Source: a phage
DNA length: 64,000 nt
Sequence record: PV730302.1
Direction: 5' to 3' (one strand)
In this document: positions 19,492 through 31,827 of the stretch, piece after piece
Layout: each line of letters opens with the position of its first letter
How positions within the stretch are numbered: position 1 is the first letter of the stretch
The notes under the pieces: generated by a model
The model's database searches: none
What the model was told of the DNA's origin: nothing
The model's input: the letters and a program-made list of their open reading frames with translations, nothing else
Position numbers and translations under genes: made by a program

Positions 19492-19707
19492 TCAGTGTAC
19501 TGTATGGACCTTCACGTTAACAATAAACCTGTCAACGACTTCAGTCAGAGGAACGAACTCAACATAGTACTCGCCTTTGTAACGTTCATTGAGGTCATTA
19601 CGAAGGGCTGCTAGTGAGTTAATGAGGGCAGGAGACATATTCAGACCTACCAGTTTCTGAAGCTCTTTATAAGCTTCTTCTTCAACTTCATGGTGTTTGT
19701 TATACAT
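19492..19707 (-). CDS. hypothetical protein
   Basis: Track ORF 19492..19812 overlaps neighbour; ATG at 19705-19707 (MYNKHHEVEEE...) lies 2 nt after the upstream stop. Confidence 0.35.
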   Translation of the reverse strand: MYNKHHEVEEEAYKELQKLVGLNMSPALINSLAALRNDLNERYKGEYYVEFVPLTEVVDRFIVNVKVHTVH

Positions 19708-19896
19708 AATGTTCTTCCAAGAAGGCAAGGAGTTCAGGAGCGGATTTAAAAATACCACCATCGACCTTGTCTTCATCTTTATAGTCCATAACATCCAGGC
19801 CAATGCGTCCATCAGTTAAAGGCCACACGCCGAAGAAAAAGCATTTACGTTTTTCAATTTCTTCGATTGTACGAAAAATCTTTTCGATATTATTCA

Positions 19897-19897
<1 letters not shown>
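19700..19897 (-). CDS. hypothetical protein
   Basis: Track ORF 19700..19927; ATG at 19895-19897 (MNNIEKIF...) overlaps the pseT stop (TTAATGA arrangement). Confidence 0.4.
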
Positions 19898-21134
<1,237 letters not shown>

Positions 21135-21265
21135 TATACTCTGCTCCCAAGAGTTTGTAAACTACTTTCCAAAAAGACCATGCATACACATGCTGAACAC
21201 AATCCCAAAACAAAAGAATGCAGCGCCAAATCTAACGGCATCCCAACCACAAACACATGTCTCAA

Positions 21266-21556
21266 TCATTTGCACTTCTCCTCTTTTAGTCCGGAACGAT
21301 AATAACATAACATAGATTTCTGGTCTTGTACATATCTTTTTACGTCATTCAACCAAATACGATGTTCTTGAGAATCTTCAAATGGCATTCCAACCCAAGC
21401 TTTACCATCGATTACCTTAACCTGCCATTTAACATTATGTTCGGCGATAGGTTGTGGCCATGAAGGATGCAGTTGTTGCTTAGGCACTACAGGGATGTCC
21501 TGGGCACATCCAACTAACAAGCCAATAGATAATACTACCACAGATAATTTAATCAT
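21266..21556 (-). CDS. outer-membrane spanin (o-spanin) lipoprotein
   Basis: 96 aa; signal peptide with lipobox LLVGC; 4-nt overlap with upstream i-spanin; position matches T4 pseT.2. Confidence 0.6.
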   Translation of the reverse strand: MIKLSVVVLSIGLLVGCAQDIPVVPKQQLHPSWPQPIAEHNVKWQVKVIDGKAWVGMPFEDSQEHRIWLNDVKRYVQDQKSMLCYYRSGLKEEKCK

Positions 21557-21906
21557 TCTGTAATGCTCCTGAAGTCTTCTGTAAAGGAATCGAAGGACTT
21601 GTTGATTTGTTTTTCGACCAGTCCTGGCTTACTTGCCACCACGTGCGCCTTCTTCGAATCTTTACGGAGCTTTTCATTTTCTACCTTAATTTTATCCATT
21701 CGGGCATTCATTTCAGTAGTACGGAATTCAATATCCGAGTATTGGCCACGAAGGTCATCCACTGCTTCGGCATTCTGTTTGGCCGTTTGCTGGGTTGTTT
21801 TCAGTTCTTCGGTAAGGGTATCAATACGGCTTGATTGATACGAAATAAAACCGTAAGCCCCTACTGCAATGGCCCCAGCTAAAAGGTAAATACTTAATTT
21901 AGACAT
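21553..21906 (-). CDS. inner-membrane spanin (i-spanin)
   Basis: 117 aa; N-terminal TMD (LSIYLLAGAIAVGAYGFISY) followed by a charged, coiled-coil-like segment; position matches T4 pseT.3. Confidence 0.6.
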   Translation of the reverse strand: MSKLSIYLLAGAIAVGAYGFISYQSSRIDTLTEELKTTQQTAKQNAEAVDDLRGQYSDIEFRTTEMNARMDKIKVENEKLRKDSKKAHVVASKPGLVEKQINKSFDSFTEDFRSITE

Positions 21907-22394
21907 TTGGTAATAATCTCGATGATGTCATCACGTGACAGGGAATTGATAAGAACCGTTTTAGGGTTTTCACACTGGATTTTATACGTTTCGAACATAA
22001 AACATAATTCTTCAGCGGTGTGGTAAGGACTTGAAATGCCAAGGCGATTAAACTTGTCGCTTAATGGGTCGCAAATCAAATAGAACGTGATGCCTGAGAT
22101 TTTAACATTAGGCTGGCTGATGTTAATGAATACCTCGGCATCGTACTTGGAAAGGTTGTTTTGGAGAAACTCAACCATAGAGTTGACAGCTTCAGGCATG
22201 GCTTCACGCTTTTCTTCAGCATAACGGGTAGAGTATTCTTTTTGCTTGATTTTCTTTTTAGCATTTTTGGCTAAAGTAACACGAAGATCGGTCAGGTAAC
22301 CTACTGCACGAGAACCTTTAAAAACTTGGATACCGTCAGTAGAGTCACCAAAAGCCTTAACAACCATTTCGTTAGTAATCATTTGCATATTCAT
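21894..22394 (-). CDS. alc: Alc-like protein (by position and size)
   Basis: Track ORF to 22409 begins ATGAGGAGA..., which looks like the SD for the ATG at 22392-22394; about 166 aa, similar to T4 Alc (167 aa); located upstream of spanins as in T4. Sequence identity not verified. Confidence 0.35.
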   Translation of the reverse strand: MNMQMITNEMVVKAFGDSTDGIQVFKGSRAVGYLTDLRVTLAKNAKKKIKQKEYSTRYAEEKREAMPEAVNSMVEFLQNNLSKYDAEVFINISQPNVKISGITFYLICDPLSDKFNRLGISSPYHTAEELCFMFETYKIQCENPKTVLINSLSRDDIIEIITKCLN

Positions 22395-22423
22395 TTGTTT
22401 TCTCCTCATTAGTTGGTAAGTCT

Positions 22424-22452
22424 ATACTAACACAACATGAGGAGATGTAAAC
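22424..22452 (-). promoter_or_regulatory. early promoter-like element (GTTTAC-N17-TAGTAT) embedded in SD-sequestering inverted repeat
   Basis: 8-bp arms ctcctcat (22402..22409, covering the SD) and atgaggag (22437..22444, in the promoter spacer). Confidence 0.45.
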
Positions 22453-23600
22453 TACTCTACCATAATTTCTTTCAAATATTTTTCAGGGATTTGGGCTTTA
22501 TGGTTTTTCAAGAACACAGAGTTAATCTGGTCTACAACCGTATCATAATTAATGCCACCTACGTACGCCTGCATAAGAATAGAGAACAACCCTGGGAAGT
22601 CCTTAAGGATTAATTGACCTGTAACAGCGTAGTCCTTACGGTCGCGGCCCTTAAGTTGGGAGTACGCTGCTTCTAACAAGGCCAATGATTGTTCTAAGTA
22701 ATCTAAATGGATGCGTTCAAAGGCATCGATTTTCTCGATAGCAAACGAATCCGTACTGAACAGGCCACGAAGGTCGTCGGTTCCGCCAGCCACTACAACT
22801 TCAAACAAACGTTCGTTATTGTTAATGGAATCTTTGGTATGATGCAGTGCACTGTACCAGGCAGTTTTGAGTTTAAAGAACGTACCATCTTTAAGTACAA
22901 AGATGAAACCTTCAATACCCTCTTGTTTACGGATGTTTTCTACGAAATCACCTTCAGTGAGGTCATAGCTTTCAACCAAATGCTTACGCAGGGCCCCATC
23001 TTTAAACAATTCGGCATACGGAATATATTCACCTGTTTCATTATTACGAACGTTCAACAGGATGAGATTTGTTTCTTGGTAAGCCAGCACGATACGGTTG
23101 GTAGGTGCAACATATTCAAGGTTGCAGGTATACCCAGCTTTGGTGATTTCTTCCAGACGGGCAGCAAAAGCCTCGTTCTCAGGGAGACGAAGGAACCGTA
23201 AAGAATCATGCACCATTGATGAATGGATAGAGCCTTTAGATTTAACAGAAAGATACTGCCGGTCCATGAATGTAGAAATCAGAGAACCATCTTCCTTAGC
23301 CATTACGAGGTCAATATTTTCTGGTGACAAATCCAGACCGATAGTCAGTGGGTTTTCGTCGAGGTTAAAGAACTTTTGCATAGGACGAGCAGCAATACGT
23401 ACAGGACCGTTCTCGTCCATTTCAAACATAATGCCTCGGCACTCTAGTGCGCCGTCTTCCAACCAATCACTGTACGATGCATAGTTATAACTAAAGATGC
23501 GATAGTTGACTCCTAGCGCACTCTGAAAGTCTTTAAAGAAGAACTTAGATTTAGTCGAGTTTTTAACCAGGGCCATCAAGTTATCATATAATTCAATCAT
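22452..23600 (-). CDS. rnlA: RNA ligase 1
   Basis: 382 aa; YRIFSYNYASYSDW, ALECRGIMFEMD and KEDGSL (lysine adenylation motif) match T4 Rnl1 as recalled. Confidence 0.85.
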   Translation of the reverse strand: MIELYDNLMALVKNSTKSKFFFKDFQSALGVNYRIFSYNYASYSDWLEDGALECRGIMFEMDENGPVRIAARPMQKFFNLDENPLTIGLDLSPENIDLVMAKEDGSLISTFMDRQYLSVKSKGSIHSSMVHDSLRFLRLPENEAFAARLEEITKAGYTCNLEYVAPTNRIVLAYQETNLILLNVRNNETGEYIPYAELFKDGALRKHLVESYDLTEGDFVENIRKQEGIEGFIFVLKDGTFFKLKTAWYSALHHTKDSINNNERLFEVVVAGGTDDLRGLFSTDSFAIEKIDAFERIHLDYLEQSLALLEAAYSQLKGRDRKDYAVTGQLILKDFPGLFSILMQAYVGGINYDTVVDQINSVFLKNHKAQIPEKYLKEIMVE

Positions 23601-24034
23601 TGCTTTATCCTATGTTGGGTATTCCAAGGTGGATTAAATTTTTTTATGAACATTGGCTCTTCAAGAGACATGGTCTCAACTGACATAGTTCCAAGTTCGT
23701 TAGTCATCGACAGATTAAAGCACTGCCGTGCATAGAACTCTACCTTTTTACCTGCCATTAATGCTTCATGAATCAGAATGGACTTAGTCGAATCTGACGT
23801 TTGGTCCTTACGATTAATGGCTGTTCGGTAGTAGTTGATGCGCTTACGAAGATTTTTAGTCTTCCCGATGTAGACTAGTATATCATCAACCGCTATAGCA
23901 TATATGACATTTTGTTTATTTGGTACCGTAAGTGGAGCTATGGTGGCGTCATCTTGGAGTTCTAGGGTGACGTACTTGATAAAGCTAAATTCGTCTGCGA
24001 TTTCTTTCATAGCAATAAGGGGCCGAAGCCCCAT
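23597..24034 (-). CDS. denA: endonuclease II (GIY-YIG-like)
   Basis: GIY-YIG-like segment IYAIAVDDILVYIGKTKNLRKRINYYR; position between rnlA and nrdB. The first 8 codons are encoded by a GGGGC-UUCG-GCCCC hairpin, so the true start may be ATG 24008-24010 (137 aa). Confidence 0.65.
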   Translation of the reverse strand: MGLRPLIAMKEIADEFSFIKYVTLELQDDATIAPLTVPNKQNVIYAIAVDDILVYIGKTKNLRKRINYYRTAINRKDQTSDSTKSILIHEALMAGKKVEFYARQCFNLSMTNELGTMSVETMSLEEPMFIKKFNPPWNTQHRIKQ

Positions 24035-24037
24035 TCC

Positions 24038-25177
24038 TTAAAAATATTTCTTATACGATGCCATTACTTTTTCATCAACATCGTTATCAATTTGTGCTAC
24101 AAGGTAAGAACTGATTTCCACTTCCTGAGGAGCAGCCTGTACAGCATCAGAGTTCAGGTATTCGCGAATCCAAGGATATGGATGGCGGGCAGGGGCATCA
24201 GTAATAGGACATGGTAAGCCACATTGCTTCATACGAGAAACTGTCAGGTAATCGACAAAAGCACCCATGTTCTGAGTATTTAATCCAGGGCAAGTACCAT
24301 CTTTGAACAGGTGAGCGGCCCATTCTTTTTCTTGACGGTTAACTTCCATGAAAATATCAACTGCTTCTTGTTCACACTCTTGAGCAATTTTAACCCATTC
24401 AGCACCATCAGTACCAAGTTGGAGTTGACGAATAATGTACTGGGTACCTTTAAGGTGAAGCTGTTCATCACGTGCAATGAACTTCATAATCTTAGCATTA
24501 CCTTCCATGATTTCCATGTTTTTATGGAAGTTAAAGGTGCATGCGAAAGATACGTAAAAACGAATAGCTTCCAGGGCGTTGATTACGTGCAGACAGAGGT
24601 AAAGAGAACGCATTAGTTCGTATTTAGCCTGTTTTACGCCTTCGCTAAACTCATGATATTCTTCTAAAGCATTCTGATAAAGGCGAGTTTTCTCGATAAC
24701 GTCATCATAATAACGACCAATGGATTCGGCACGTTTCATGATAGCATCATCTAACAGAATTTCATCAAATACCTTAGATGGGTCTGTATAGAGGTTACGC
24801 ATGATATGGGTATATGAACGAGAGTGAATGGTCTCACTAAAGGTCCATGTAGCCACCCAAGTATCAAGGCTAGGGTCGGAAATCAAGGCTTGGAGTGCTG
24901 CAGAAGGAGCACGACCTTGGATACTATCCAGAAGTGATTGATACTTCAGGTTATTGGTAAAAATATTTTGTTGGAATTGTGGAAGCTTATTAAATTGAGC
25001 AGCATCCATCATCAAGTTGACTTCTTCTGGACGCCAGAAAAAACTCAACTGCTTTTCACAAAGCTCTTCGAATACTTTATGACGTTGGATATCATAACGG
25101 GCAATACCCAATCCTGAACCAAAGAACATCGGCTCGACTAAAACATCAACTGGGGTAGTATTAAAAACTGTAGACAT
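24038..25177 (-). CDS. nrdB: ribonucleotide reductase small subunit
   Basis: 379 aa continuous ORF (no intron interruption); ferritin-like di-iron helices with conserved E/H residues; synteny with nrdA. Confidence 0.85.
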   Translation of the reverse strand: MSTVFNTTPVDVLVEPMFFGSGLGIARYDIQRHKVFEELCEKQLSFFWRPEEVNLMMDAAQFNKLPQFQQNIFTNNLKYQSLLDSIQGRAPSAALQALISDPSLDTWVATWTFSETIHSRSYTHIMRNLYTDPSKVFDEILLDDAIMKRAESIGRYYDDVIEKTRLYQNALEEYHEFSEGVKQAKYELMRSLYLCLHVINALEAIRFYVSFACTFNFHKNMEIMEGNAKIMKFIARDEQLHLKGTQYIIRQLQLGTDGAEWVKIAQECEQEAVDIFMEVNRQEKEWAAHLFKDGTCPGLNTQNMGAFVDYLTVSRMKQCGLPCPITDAPARHPYPWIREYLNSDAVQAAPQEVEISSYLVAQIDNDVDEKVMASYKKYF

Positions 25178-25212
25178 ATTATTCTCATTTATTATGGGTT
25201 TAAATTATTTTA

Positions 25213-26016
25213 TCACATATTATGTATAAGCACTTCAGTCTGGAATGACACACCTTTTGATACTTTTTGATATCTAGTTTCAAAATATTCAATTTTGAAA
25301 TTGTTGGATAGGGCCCAATCTTTTAGAATGTTGTTATTAGTAACATCTGATAAATTATTAGTTATAATAAATTTAGACTTTGACTGTTTAATTTTATCTA
25401 ACAATTCTAATTCATCCTTTTCTTCCCATCCTGAATATTTAAATTTGGTAGAAAGATATGGTGGGTCGATGAATAAGTTCTTGTTTTCAAAATCTAAATC
25501 TCTGAATGATTTATTTGAAAAACTTAACAGATGTTGTCTATTTTTAAAAGCGGCGAATTTATCCTGTTGCGATTTATTAAAAGAAGTTCTAGAGTATTTG
25601 GCTCTATCCGCAAAAGAAGCTATATACTTATCATCTTTAGAAAATTTTAACATTGAACTGAATGCAAATAAATGTAGAACATACAAATACAGTCCGTTTT
25701 TAGTTTTATCGTATTCCTTTGCCAGAGAGTAAAACGGTTTAGGGTCCACATCATTTAAGCCGAAATCATCAATGATTTGGACAACATCGTTCATTGATGA
25801 AGTTTTCATCGCGTTGTACATATTGATGACATGATAATTAATATCATTACACTCAACTCGTCGCCCACAATTCATAGAAAATCCGAGGCCACCACAAAAG
25901 GCATCTAAAACTGTATTATCATCAAAGCCCAATACAAATCTATTAATAAAATCCATGTATTTGTGTTTTGAACCCGGGTAAGTTATTGCCGAACAGTATT
26001 TCATATTACTCCTCAT
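25213..26016 (-). CDS. Dam-like N6-adenine DNA methyltransferase
   Basis: 267 aa; YPGSK (Dam N-terminal motif), DAFCGGLGFS (FxGxG AdoMet motif) and IDPPYL (DPPY catalytic motif) in alpha-class order; resembles T4 Dam as recalled; AT-rich relative to flanks. Confidence 0.7.
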   Translation of the reverse strand: MRSNMKYCSAITYPGSKHKYMDFINRFVLGFDDNTVLDAFCGGLGFSMNCGRRVECNDINYHVINMYNAMKTSSMNDVVQIIDDFGLNDVDPKPFYSLAKEYDKTKNGLYLYVLHLFAFSSMLKFSKDDKYIASFADRAKYSRTSFNKSQQDKFAAFKNRQHLLSFSNKSFRDLDFENKNLFIDPPYLSTKFKYSGWEEKDELELLDKIKQSKSKFIITNNLSDVTNNNILKDWALSNNFKIEYFETRYQKVSKGVSFQTEVLIHNM

Positions 26017-26058
26017 TTGTTAGTGACTCGTCCGTGAGTCAATTATAATCAGATTTTA

Positions 26059-28314
26059 TTAAAGCTTACATGCTGCACAATCGTCGGCTTTAGGAGTTTC
26101 GATTTCATAGTCATCAGTACCAGAGCCATCACGGGTATTATGGTAATAAAGGTTCTTACCACCGTAGTACCAGAAATACAACAGGTCATCAAGCATTACT
26201 GACATCGGAACTTTTCCTTTTGGGAAAATCTGCGGGTCATAATATGTATTAGCTGATGCCGATTGACACACCCATTTCAACGCTATTGCCACTTGGGTAA
26301 GATAAGGTTTATTACCTTTCTTAGCAAGGGTCCAAGCGTAATCGTAGAGTCCTTGGTTATGTTCTACATTAGGAACTACCTGACGGAAGTTACCTTCTTT
26401 AGATTCTTTAATACTTACCGGACCGCGTGGAGGTTCGATACCGTTTGTAGAGTTGGAAACCTGGCTGCTTGATTCACACGGCATAAGTGCTGATAATGTG
26501 CTATTACGGATGCCATGTTTAGCCAAGTCTTCCCGCAACGACGTCCAGTCACAAACATAGTTAGGGGCTGCGATTTGGTCAATCTTTTTATTGTACCAGT
26601 CGATAGGTAATTCGCCTCGAGACCATTTAGTGTCTGAATAATACTCGCAAGGTCCTTTTTCTTCGGCCAACTTGATTGATGCTCGGATAAGTCCATATTG
26701 TAATCTCTCAAACAGTTCATGAGTTAAATCATTAGCGTCTTCATAAGAAGCAAAGTTGCTTGCCAACCAAGCGGCGTAGTTAGTAACACCAACACCCAGA
26801 TTACGACGTTTCTTGGCCTTCAGAGCTTCAGGAACAGGATAATCTTGGTAGTCCAATAGGTTATCAAGTGCACGTACCTGGACTTCAGCGAGCTCGTTGA
26901 TTTTGTCTTGGTCCTGCCAATCGAAGTTATCCAATACGAATGCAGACAACGTACACAAACCAATTTCAGCGTCCGGACTATTCACGTCAGTAGTAGGGAT
27001 AGCAATTTCACAACACAAGTTGCTCTGTCGAATAGGAGCTTTTTCACGAATAAATGGTGTGAAGTTGTTAGTGTTATCAACGAACTGAGGATAAATTCGT
27101 GCAGTGCCTGAGCGTTCGGTCATGAACAATTCGAAAAGGTCGCGTGCTTTAATACGTTTCTTACGAATACTAGGGTCTTTTTCTGCGGCTTCATACAATT
27201 CACGGAAACGGTCTTGGTCTTCGAAATAAGAATAATAAAGCTCACCACCCATTTCGTGAGGACTAAACAACGTGATGTAATCATTTTTACCGAAACGTTC
27301 CATCATAAGGTCGTTCATCTGGATTCCGTAGTCCATATGGCGAATACGGTTCTCATCGACACCTTTGTTGTTTTTCAGAACGAGCAGATTTTCAACTTCC
27401 AAATGCCAAATAGGATAATAAGCAGTAGCAGCGCCGCCACGGATTCCACCTTGTGAACATGATTTAACAGCAGTCTGGAAATGTTTCCAGAATGGAATAA
27501 CGCCAGTATGTTTGACTTCACCCATGCCAATACGAGAACCTTCAGCACGAATCATACCAACGTTGATACCAATACCTGCACGTTTAGAAATGTATTCAAT
27601 TATTGAGTTAGCAGTTTTGTTAATAGATTTCAGCGAGTCGCCTGCTTCAATAACCACACAAGAACTAAATTGACGAGTCGGTGTACGTGCTCCAGCCATA
27701 ATAGGAGTTGGTAATGAAACCTGACGGGTACTTACAGCATCATAAAAACGAATAATATGTGCCAAACGATTACCTGGCTCTTCTTGGTGTAAGGCCATGC
27801 CAATACACATGATAGCGAACTGAGGGGTTTCGTAGATTTTACCCGTGGTCTTATCTTTAACCAGATATTTCTCTTTCAGCTGCATCGCACCTGCATAGGT
27901 CAATTCAAAGTCACGTTCATGCTTGATATGAGATTCTAAGAAAGTAATTTCTTCTGCAGAATATCGAGACAGCAATTCAGGGTCATATTTACCTTCGTTA
28001 ACACAATAGGAAATATGGTCGATAAAGCTACGTGGTTCGAACTGGCCATAAACTTCTTTACGCAGTGCAAACATCAATTGCTTTGCAGCAACATATTGGT
28101 AATCAGGTTCCTCAACCGAAATAAGGTTGGCTGCGACCTTAACAGTCAGATTCTGGATATCTTTGGTAGTCATACCATCACGAAGATGAGATTTGATTTC
28201 TTCGTATAATTCATAGGGGTCGATTTGGGTTCCTTCACAGCCCCAAGTCAGAACTTTAATAATTTTTTGTGCGTCAAAATCTTGGGATACACCACTACTT
28301 TTTTGTACTTGCAT
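26059..28314 (-). CDS. nrdA: ribonucleotide reductase large subunit
   Basis: 751 aa (T4 NrdA 754 aa); class Ia RNR active-site region ...NLCCEI.../...MPCESS...; C-terminal Cys pair. Confidence 0.9.
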   Translation of the reverse strand: MQVQKSSGVSQDFDAQKIIKVLTWGCEGTQIDPYELYEEIKSHLRDGMTTKDIQNLTVKVAANLISVEEPDYQYVAAKQLMFALRKEVYGQFEPRSFIDHISYCVNEGKYDPELLSRYSAEEITFLESHIKHERDFELTYAGAMQLKEKYLVKDKTTGKIYETPQFAIMCIGMALHQEEPGNRLAHIIRFYDAVSTRQVSLPTPIMAGARTPTRQFSSCVVIEAGDSLKSINKTANSIIEYISKRAGIGINVGMIRAEGSRIGMGEVKHTGVIPFWKHFQTAVKSCSQGGIRGGAATAYYPIWHLEVENLLVLKNNKGVDENRIRHMDYGIQMNDLMMERFGKNDYITLFSPHEMGGELYYSYFEDQDRFRELYEAAEKDPSIRKKRIKARDLFELFMTERSGTARIYPQFVDNTNNFTPFIREKAPIRQSNLCCEIAIPTTDVNSPDAEIGLCTLSAFVLDNFDWQDQDKINELAEVQVRALDNLLDYQDYPVPEALKAKKRRNLGVGVTNYAAWLASNFASYEDANDLTHELFERLQYGLIRASIKLAEEKGPCEYYSDTKWSRGELPIDWYNKKIDQIAAPNYVCDWTSLREDLAKHGIRNSTLSALMPCESSSQVSNSTNGIEPPRGPVSIKESKEGNFRQVVPNVEHNQGLYDYAWTLAKKGNKPYLTQVAIALKWVCQSASANTYYDPQIFPKGKVPMSVMLDDLLYFWYYGGKNLYYHNTRDGSGTDDYEIETPKADDCAACKL

Positions 28315-28380
28315 AATTTCCTCAATATGTTAGGTTCTACAATTATTCTATCATAGAACCTGTTAAGCATGGACTGATAT

Positions 28381-28674
28381 TTATAGGTCTTCTAATGAGA
28401 ACGTGTCTTTGAAAAGTTTGTTAACAATCAAGGCTATCACATCCCCATGACAGTCCTTAGGTTTACAGGTACACGCTATTCGCATACCTCTAAGGGTTTC
28501 AAGATGTTCTCTTTTAATTTCACCTGATTTTATTTTAGCAATAAAGTATTCTTTAAAGTTCTTGATGTTTTCCTCACGGGTCCCATCTTTAAATGGATTA
28601 CCCCACATGGTTCCACGTTGGATGTTGACATCAAAATCTTCTTTATACTTGTTAACAACTCTACAGACTCTCAT
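28381..28674 (-). CDS. small Cys/His-motif protein, possibly DUF4326-like
   Basis: 97 aa; WGNPF ... ACTCKPKDCHGD pattern; position of T4 nrdA.1/nrdA.2. Family assignment from memory only. Confidence 0.3.
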   Translation of the reverse strand: MRVCRVVNKYKEDFDVNIQRGTMWGNPFKDGTREENIKNFKEYFIAKIKSGEIKREHLETLRGMRIACTCKPKDCHGDVIALIVNKLFKDTFSLEDL

Positions 28675-28735
28675 TATAGCACCAAATTAAGTCCGACCAT
28701 AATAACCAAAAACAGAGTACAGATTATTTGAATTT

Positions 28736-30512
<1,777 letters not shown>

Positions 30513-30522
30513 TATATTTTCC

Positions 30523-30762
30523 TCACGCTTTCTTAGCGATTTTCCAGTCAGCTTTAAATTGGTCAACGTCTGAGTGGTGAATCCAGAAACCCGATGAGCT
30601 ACCGTCTTCGTAAAGAGGACAACCATCACACTCATCTTTCCACCCCATTGCACACAAAGCTTGTTCAGCTTTTTCCAGAGCTTCCGGGTTATTACCTTGG
30701 ATTGTGAAGTACCATTTGCCTTTAACTTCAGAATCGTTGATTGATTCACGTTGTAATTTCAT
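30523..30762 (-). CDS. hypothetical acidic protein with Cys cluster
   Basis: 79 aa; CAMGWKDECDGC motif; composition typical of phage early proteins. Confidence 0.4.
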   Translation of the reverse strand: MKLQRESINDSEVKGKWYFTIQGNNPEALEKAEQALCAMGWKDECDGCPLYEDGSSSGFWIHHSDVDQFKADWKIAKKA

Positions 30763-30838
30763 TTTATTCTCCGGTGTTTAGTTGTTATCTCAGTATGGGG
30801 CCATTATATCATAGCCCCATTTGGCTGTACACCACTTT

Positions 30839-31216
30839 TTACTGAATATCAAAAGTCGCTTTAATCAGGGCAATGACTTCAGCGGCATTTTTGTGATTGA
30901 CTTGTACATGAATGGTTTGGGTATCAATATCAGGGGCATCGCTATCAACTTCTAGGAAGTGACAGAATTCCCATTCACCGAGTTCAAAGTACTCATCAGG
31001 CCCACCCATACTATTCAGGATGGTGCCATCTTTCATTTCAACTTTTTCAACAAAATAATCACCTTCAATATAACTCATATCCAGGACTTTGAAGGAATTG
31101 CCATGTCGTTCCATCAACCTGACCATGCACGAATTATAATTATCATCAGGACTACCAGCGATGAATTGTTTTTTAGCAGCAGGGTCTAATACGTAAAATT
31201 TACCAGTTTCCATCAT
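30839..31216 (-). CDS. hypothetical protein, paralog family X (member 1)
   Basis: Track ORF starts with TTG at 31285; ATGATG at 31211-31216 preceded by GAGGAAA; shares YFEL..EF..F and IH..V........I.L.K.TF C-terminal pattern with ORF 31828..32211. Confidence 0.45.
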   Translation of the reverse strand: MMETGKFYVLDPAAKKQFIAGSPDDNYNSCMVRLMERHGNSFKVLDMSYIEGDYFVEKVEMKDGTILNSMGGPDEYFELGEWEFCHFLEVDSDAPDIDTQTIHVQVNHKNAAEVIALIKATFDIQ

Positions 31217-31274
31217 TTTAATTTCCTCATTTTTGTTGAGGGAACATATTATCATGTTCCCGTCGGTTTGTATA

Positions 31275-31502
31275 CTAAGCTTCAATCAAATTCATATAAA
31301 ATTCAGCGTCTTCCGGGTGCATCCCTTCGCAATATTCATTTTGCATAAAGCGGGTAAGGTCTTCAAGAGGACCTTGGACTTCAATTTGAATACTAAAGAA
31401 TTGGGTATCTTTAATGTAAGTCATACACAAAGAAGGATAACGATTACGGATAACTTCGTAAGTGTATTCAAAATCAACGATATCAATATTAACCTTAGCC
31501 AT
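31275..31502 (-). CDS. hypothetical protein
   Basis: Track ORF to 31520 begins ATGAGTGAGGAAAAT (likely the SD); probable start at ATG 31500-31502 (MAKVNIDIV...). Confidence 0.4.
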   Translation of the reverse strand: MAKVNIDIVDFEYTYEVIRNRYPSLCMTYIKDTQFFSIQIEVQGPLEDLTRFMQNEYCEGMHPEDAEFYMNLIEA

Positions 31503-31534
31503 TTTATTTTCCTCACTCATTAGTTGATAGGTCT

Positions 31535-31563
31535 ATAGTATCATGTTTAAAGCAGATGTAAAC
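31535..31563 (-). promoter_or_regulatory. early promoter-like element (GTTTAC-N17-TACTAT)
   Basis: Part of a roughly 40-bp cassette (ttgataggtctatagtatcatgtttaaag...) repeated near 32230, 49094 and 49421. Confidence 0.45.
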
Positions 31564-31565
31564 AC

Positions 31566-31826
31566 TTATTTTTGAATTTTATCGAGCCATTTACCAAGTT
31601 TAATCATTTCTTTGGTAGCTTTTTCCATACTTCTGAATTTAACCAGTAAAGGTTGAGCATCAACACCCATAACTAAAGTGGTTACAAGACTATGTTCACC
31701 TACAAGCCATAACGAATACGTTTGGATATCGAGCCCATAATTTCGGTCTTTATGAACTCGTACACCCATCACTTCAAACTGTTCGCTGGCTTTTTCTACT
31801 GCATCCAGGAAATCATCTTTAGTCAT
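31566..31826 (-). CDS. hypothetical protein
   Basis: Track ORF to 31889; ATG 31824-31826 (MTKDDFLDAV...) lies 1 nt from the upstream stop. Confidence 0.4.
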   Translation of the reverse strand: MTKDDFLDAVEKASEQFEVMGVRVHKDRNYGLDIQTYSLWLVGEHSLVTTLVMGVDAQPLLVKFRSMEKATKEMIKLGKWLDKIQK

Positions 31827-31827
31827 G

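Noticed and set aside
25295-25732. 145-aa plus-strand ORF inside the Dam-like methyltransferase gene
   Set aside because: Antisense to a gene with clear catalytic motifs; the AT-rich region generates long spurious frames.
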